Shown piece by piece: positions 1-5,251 of a stretch of DNA of 5,251 bases; positions within the stretch are counted from its first letter, which is position 1; each line of letters starts with the position of its first letter. Both the position numbers and the translations under genes were made by a program. The DNA is from Trichoplax adhaerens (taxonomy: Eukaryota > Animalia > Placozoa): the NCBI RefSeq assembly GCF_000150275.1, contig NW_002061118.1:4912-10162 (forward strand), in the 5' to 3' direction. Below the pieces are notes generated by a model. That model saw only the letters and a program-made list of their open reading frames with translations, was not told where the DNA came from and did not search any database.

Positions 1-543
1 TCTTCTGTTTATAACTCAAGCCTGATTGTAGTTAATTATATTATCATAAATGGATTTAACGAAATATATTTAAGAAGTGTAGAGATGAGCTCAAAACAGA
101 CAGACTTCAATTCATGAATGGACTACGGACCTTACTTGCAAAACTAAAATATTTTCTAAATGCAAAATCTTTACTTAATTCACGAAAGAGTTCTTTGAGG
201 AACAGTAGATTAAATTGATCGGATAATATCAATTATGGATATTAAAATAGACTGCAATCATTTTTGTATATCTACTTGATCTGGTAGAGATTTCTTTCCA
301 TATTGTCGATATTTATCACAAGGATAGCTAACAGCATGCAGCAATCTAGTGCAGAAGACCTACTAAAATAGTACTGCGTGTGCTATAATCTACACAGTTG
401 TCTAATTTCCTTTATATAGGTATACGTATGTATAATTTGGGCGACGTCATGTTTAACTGTAAGCGAGTGTCCATAACCTTCTGAAATGCCTCTTTAAAGC
501 TACTTCTATCAGTATACGATACAAACCCTAAATTATTGCTATA

Positions 544-557
544 GTTACTATAGTAAC
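544..557. promoter_or_regulatory. Perfect 14-bp palindrome GTTACTATAGTAAC matching the RFX X-box consensus
   Basis: Self-complementary, and fits RTHNYYWTRRNRAC / GYTRYY-N2-RRHRAC at every position. Lies about 1 kb upstream of the ATG. Function is inferred only. Confidence 0.45.
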
Positions 558-595
558 CAGTTTTTTCCGTCGATCGTCTTCTGCAGCAGTAATAC

Positions 596-615
596 TATGG
601 TACAATATGGTACAA
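596..615 (+). repeat. Short direct tandem duplication (TATGGTACAA)x2
   Basis: Two exact adjacent 10-bp copies at 596-605 and 606-615. Confidence 0.8.
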
Positions 616-928
616 CTTAAATTCATGCATACTATTATTTTTATTTGATGCCTAAATCAATAAAACAGACGACTAACTCGTTGGCTGTTTCGTACTTTAT
701 TGTACTACTTGCAAAGTACTCCTTGTTAATCAGTGCGTGTATTTAGCATATATATATGCAGTTGGATAGAGCTGTTTAGCCGAGTAGAGTTTTATATCAC
801 TTGTCCATCTCTTTTTATCCACTTGCTCCTGTTTGCAATAAGCAGCGCGCAGTCGGATTGATAGGATTAAATCGACGTCACAGTAAAATCATCAAGTTGT
901 TATTAGCCGATTATTAAAACATCCATTG

Positions 929-1554
929 GTAAGTGACCTATTCCGTTTGGGTATCCATCCTTATACGTTGTATTTCAAGTAAAAATAGAAATTAAAGATA
1001 GGTAAACGACGCCAACGAAACTATATTGCAAGCATTCTTTCTTATTTTGCACTATCATTGATGTGGTTAGCATTCATTTGCTGTTGTCTATTAGAATAAA
1101 ACGATTGTTGTTTGATGGTTATTATGATTATGAGTATAATGTATTTGTAAGCTGGAGTGCATTTTGTTAATGTACACGTCAATTAGTCTACTCTTTGGAT
1201 TTAGTTTGGCATTAGTTGATGTCAGCACACGATTGTCCGATAGCATTGTCTTCAGTAATCACCTACAGAGATTGATTGACTGATTTTCGGATAATCTTCC
1301 ATGCGGAATTGATAGCGACATTGTAGAAGTTGATTTATTGATGCTTGAAAATTGTGTATAATGGAATAATTAATGTTGTTCTGTTGAACTACGACTGGCA
1401 CGCAAGTACAACCATTCCGACATACCCTCATTAATTCATAGAGATAATATCGATCCGATGATTAGTAATTAATGGTTGCAACGAAGCTAGATTTGAATCT
1501 TATTTATCTCTAACCTGTCGTTCTAGTCTTTAACTAACATACTATTGAATTTAG
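929..1554 (+). other. Possible 5'-UTR intron (acceptor at 1526 or 1554)
   Basis: Donor TTG|GTAAGT at 928/929. Two candidate 3' sites, each with a CTAAC branch-like motif: CTAAC (1510-1514)...TTCTAG (1526) and ACTAAC (1533-1538)...TTTAG (1554), both just upstream of ATG 1566. Confidence 0.35.
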
Positions 1555-1565
1555 AGAAGAAAAAG

Positions 1566-3069
1566 ATGGCTGATGATGAATCTGTCTGTTCCACGAGTGT
1601 GCTTCCTCACCATACCGGTATACAATCACTGTACGAAAAGGGCAACTCATGCAAGACCGCCTTCCAGTTGGTGGACGGACTTTCTTGTTATACGCAAGCT
1701 GTCGATGAGATTGCTTCGTTGTCGAATCCTAGTGCAGATATTGATCGACTTGCATGCGATATTTATCTTGGTCTTTGCGACATTTACACTTTACAATATC
1801 AATTCATGAAAGCTGCTGAATGGAGTCAAAAAGGACAAACTGTGGCTACTAACCTGCGAGATGAAGTGAGCATGGCTCAATGTTTACAAAGAGAAAGCGA
1901 GATTAAGAGGTGCCAAGGGGATTACAACGGAGCACTGGAAGACGGTAAGAAATCGTTGGAAATGAAATTAAAATGGTTAGACGAAAAGGATGCTCGTCTT
2001 GCAGATAGTTATTATCAAATTGGGCGCGTCTACTTCGACTTGTGCAAGCTTGACTTATGTCGGACTATATCGGACAAGTCGCTGCAAATTCGATTGTCAG
2101 TCCTTGGTCACAATCATCCCGATGTTGCCAACTCCTATCACAACATAGGAGATGTCTATAGAAGCCTAGGCAAGTACGATCAGGCTCTGGGTATGTATAA
2201 CAAGTCACTGCAAATTAGATTGTCAATCCTTGGTCACAATCATCCTGATGTTGCCAACTCATATAACAACATAGGAGTTGTCTATGATCACCAAGGCAAG
2301 TCAGATCAGGCTCTGGATATATATGACAAGTCACTGCAAATTGGATTGGCAGTCTTAGGTCACAATCATCCCTATGTTGCGAAGTCATATAACAACATAG
2401 GAGTTGTCTATCATCGCCAAGGCAAGTACGATCAGGCTCTGGATATGTATCACAAGTCACTGCAAATTGGATTGTCAGTCCTTGGTCACAATCATCCCTA
2501 TGTTGCCAACTCATATAAAAACATAGGAGTTGTTTATAGAAACCAAGGCAAGAACGAGCAGGCTCTTAATATGTATGACAAGACGCTGCAAATTCGATTG
2601 TTAGTCCTTGGTCACAATCATCCCTATGTTGCGAAGACATATGATAAAATAGGAGTTGTCTATAGAAGCCAAGGCAAGTACGATCAGGCTGTGGATTTGC
2701 ATGACAAGTCATTGCAAATTCGATTGTCAGTCCTTGGTCACAATCATCCCGATGTCGCCAACTCATATAAAAATATAGCAGTTGTTTATCATTGCCAAGG
2801 CAAGTACGATCAGGCTGTGGATATGTATAAGAAGTCACTGTATATCGCAGCCTTAAACGGGAATGATCGCCTAGTTACAAGGATAAGAAAGAATATCGAA
2901 ATCACTCTCCAAAAGCAGAAATCAGTGATCCGTGATCTGTCGACATCAATAGCGAGAAATTTCATCAGAAGTATCGTTGAACTGTTTCAACCTAATCAAA
3001 CCAGCAATGTTACAGCGCCAGCAAATACTATCGACGGCAGTCAGAACAATCAACACATACAACAGAAAG
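1566..3069 (+). CDS. Coding exon A: tetratricopeptide-repeat region (42-aa kinesin-light-chain/nephrocystin-3-like TPRs) plus linker
   Basis: Repeats of the form LGHNHPxVAxSYxNIGxVYxxQGKYDQALxMYxKSLQI match the TPR pattern (Y4, I7, G8, Y11, G15, A20, Y24). About three degenerate TPRs lie at ~1749-2072. The ORF track's TTG start at 1545 is unlikely in a eukaryote. Confidence 0.9.
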
Positions 3070-5251
3070 GTAAGTGGAGTTTTAATACAGTAGTAGACGA
3101 GAGAGCGATGGATAACCGTAACCATATTCTGCATTTTGTTGTTCTACAGCTTTACAAGAAAAGAAATATTACAATGCATATAGCAAAGGCTTAAAACATG
3201 GTCATTGCTTTAATCATTTAATACGAGGCATGTTTATTGGCCCTCGCAATGTGGGCAAAACTTCTCTTCGAAAAATATTTACTCAGCAACGACTCAACAA
3301 TCCATCTCCGACACAAGTGGCTGAGAGTTTGGATATTATGGTAGACACTGAATATTATAATATTCATAACTCAGAGTGTTGTGATTGGACTGAAATACTG
3401 GACGATAAAGTCAAGACAGTCATACAACAGTTAGCTCAGCCAAGTATCGATCGTCAAGATAACATCAGTCAGCAAGTAACCGACATAGATCCAATAGATC
3501 AACCCGTTATAGCCAATAATCCACCTGTGTCAAATTGGCAACAACACAGTGTCGATTCTTCTGCAACTGATGTCATTACGCAAGATGTAGCGCTAGTAGG
3601 GAAAGAGATTCCAATAGAATCACAGTCTAAACGAGGCTTGCATCAATATTACTGTTCGTCCATGGAAAGTCAAAATGCAGACAAAGATGATAAAAATCAG
3701 TATGTTAAAATATGGGATTTCGCAGGTCATGCCGTCTATCATGTTTCTCATTATCCGTTTATCTCCGTTAATTGTATTTATATTTTAGTATTTAATATTA
3801 ATCAAGACATTAACGACAAGGTAAGAACAAGGAAGAACCAATCACTCAAAACGACGTATTTACAAGCTATGCAAGAATGGCTTACATCAATCATAGCTGG
3901 CCATACAAGCCAAAGTACCATCAATGTTAACATTAAAAGTGGAGATGAACAGCATTTACCACCTTCACAGCATTCATTACCTATTATTATTTTAGTAGCT
4001 TCTCATGGCGATTGTATTACCAATGAAGAAGATGGACGAACTCGATTCAATCAATTTGTGTCTACATTGACGTCTCGCATGCCTTCTTATGCCAGTCATA
4101 TCTATTCTTCTGGTATTATTTTTGATTGCAATCCTCTTGATAGTACTCCATCGACACAGAAGCTGCGTCAACAATGTTGTCTTCGTTTACATGGTATCAT
4201 TAAGGCATTTGTACAATCACTGCCATTTATTACGAATCCTATACCTATTCGATGGTATATCATGGCTACAATATTAAATAAATCGCTCCCTACTAACAAT
4301 CAACCCGCATCTTCTATTATGAATCAAATTAGACATTCTCAAGTGCATAATATTATGACAATGCAACAAATAGTAACCTTGTCTCAACAATACGGATTAT
4401 ATGAAAACCGTGATGAATTAATCGCTATGCTAATGTATCTACACGATTTAGGAGAAGTCATCTATTGTGATAAAGTAGGCGACGACGGAATTATTATAAC
4501 TAATGTCGATTGGTTGTTAAGTATATTTCGTTCCATTATTCAATTACAAGATTTTGTACAAGGAAGTGCACAAATAAAACGTGACTATGATATAGCAAGC
4601 CAAACAGGAAAATTATCAAGATCATACATTGATCATGCTATTTATAAATTTAATTTAGATGACAATAGTAAGCAAACTATATTGGCACTCATGCATGCTT
4701 ATGATATTCTATGTTCAATTACAAATGAGAAGAACGACAACGGCGAAGAATGTCAATACTTTGTTCCATACTTGTTACGATATGATGTTAAGCCATTCGA
4801 TTTATCAAAATATCATCAATCAGATTGGCTCTACATCGGATACGAGCATACAGATATTCCATATCTTCCAGATGGAATTTATTATTGCTTGTTATCTTCC
4901 TGTTTAAAGGAATGGAATAATACGGACGTAGAATTATACTATCAATGTGCCAAATATTATTTAGCAAATGACAATCACTATCTTGTAGTCAGGAAAGAGG
5001 AATCTCATATCGGTTTACAATATTGCTATCAGAAAATAAATGAGCTCAAGAGGAGTCAATCGATTATCGATAAAGTTAAAAATTCTATATTTGTCAAACG
5101 GCCTCACGAAATTGTCAAGAATAAACTCATCTCCACTGTCAATGATAGGATGGTTAAGTTTAAAGGGGCCGATTGTCGATATTTCGTCAAATGTAGTGAA
5201 TGTAATACACAAACAAGTATAACGAAGAATCAAGGAAGGAGATCAAAATGA
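1566..5251 (+). CDS. Spliced TPR-Roc-COR (ROCO family) GTPase, join(1566..3069,3150..5251), predicted 1201 aa
   Basis: ATG at 1566 in good Kozak context (AAGATGG). Removing the phase-1 intron 3070-3149 fuses the frames: ...HIQQK-A-LQEKKYYNAYSKGLKHGHCFNHLIRGMFIGPRNVGKTS, with no stop between 3150 and 3230. 1504+2102=3606 nt = 1202 codons, ending at TGA 5249-5251. TPRs are N-terminal and Roc G-motifs plus COR motifs are C-terminal. Confidence 0.85.
2073..2840 (+). repeat. Coding tandem repeat: six 126-bp units plus a 12-bp partial
   Basis: Units start at 2073, 2199, 2325, 2451, 2577 and 2703. GGTCACAATCATCC recurs at 2106, 2232, 2358, 2484, 2610 and 2736 (exact period 126, no indels). Hand counts give 18/126 differences for unit 1 vs 2 and 17/126 for unit 3 vs 4 (~86% identity). 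Confidence 0.97.
3070..3149 (+). other. Spliceosomal GT-AG intron, 80 nt, phase 1
   Basis: Consensus donor AAG|GTAAGT at 3069/3070. Pyrimidine-rich acceptor TTTTGTTGTTCTACAG|C at 3149/3150. Splicing restores a single reading frame between the two ORFs. Confidence 0.85.
3150..5251 (+). CDS. Coding exon B: Roc (Ras of complex proteins) GTPase domain followed by COR domain
   Basis: P-loop GPRNVGKTS (3239-3265); switch-I Thr candidate at 3311; WDFAGH (3713-3730) followed by YHVSHYPF and YILVFN; G4 IILVASHGD (SHGD 4001-4012). COR-like motifs: PIPIRW, LMYLHDLGEVIY, IITNVDWL, LMHAYDIL, YFVPYLL, LPDGIYYCLL. Confidence 0.9.

Noticed and set aside
412-594. Minus-strand 60-codon stop-free stretch (YYCCRRRSTEKTGYYSNY...KLYIRIPI) after a possible CCATAG acceptor
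   Set aside because: No recognisable homology, a length expected by chance, and I could not build a consistent multi-exon model. A divergent gene cannot be fully excluded without RNA data.
1091-1420. Minus-strand S/T/N-rich frame interrupted by stops (possible pseudo-exon)
   Set aside because: Fragments are short (about 55 codons or fewer) with no identifiable family.
2215-2838. Minus-strand repetitive ORFs (2215-2514, 2566-2838)
   Set aside because: Antisense shadows of the TPR repeat; their periodicity is inherited from the + strand gene.
2073-2840. CRISPR array or DGR template/variable repeat
   Set aside because: Units are contiguous in-frame 126-bp coding repeats without unique spacers. 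Differences are not adenine-specific, and no cas or reverse transcriptase gene is present in the window.
1573-5233. Short alternative-frame or antisense ORFs (1573-1809, 2946-3134, 3992-4174, 4089-4277, 4659-4907, 5015-5233, 5040-5222)
   Set aside because: All overlap the main gene, are 60-82 aa long and have no recognisable motifs.
1545-5251. Bacterial two-gene operon (TPR protein + Roc-COR protein), e.g. a defence system
   Set aside because: No properly spaced Shine-Dalgarno (GAGG lies 1 nt from ATG 3230). There are 1.5 kb of upstream sequence without long ORFs, and consensus splice sites join the ORFs in frame.
1566-5251. Assigning LRRK2, DAPK1, MFHAS1, KLC or NPHP3 as the gene symbol
   Set aside because: Only individual domains are shared; the overall architecture matches none of these genes.

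Overview
AT-rich eukaryotic genomic DNA, most likely from an early-branching animal; the TPR consensus resembles the expanded placozoan (Trichoplax-type) family as I recall it, not database-checked. The two long + strand ORFs (1545-3194, 3230-5251) are best read as one spliced gene. A canonical 80-nt GT-AG intron (3070-3149) joins them in frame, giving a predicted 1201-aa ROCO-family protein (exons 1566-3069 and 3150-5251). Its architecture is ~3 degenerate TPRs, six highly similar 42-aa (126-bp) TPR repeats, a linker, a Roc GTPase with a ~100-aa insertion, and a COR domain; no kinase or death domain is visible. The TPR array is homogenised at the DNA level and mosaic between units. Its most variable codons fall on the TPR ligand-binding face, as in diversifying innate-immune/allorecognition receptors (fungal NLR-type repeats), but here coupled to Roc-COR. 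The upstream 1.5 kb looks non-coding and holds a perfect palindromic RFX X-box-like motif and a possible 5'-UTR intron.
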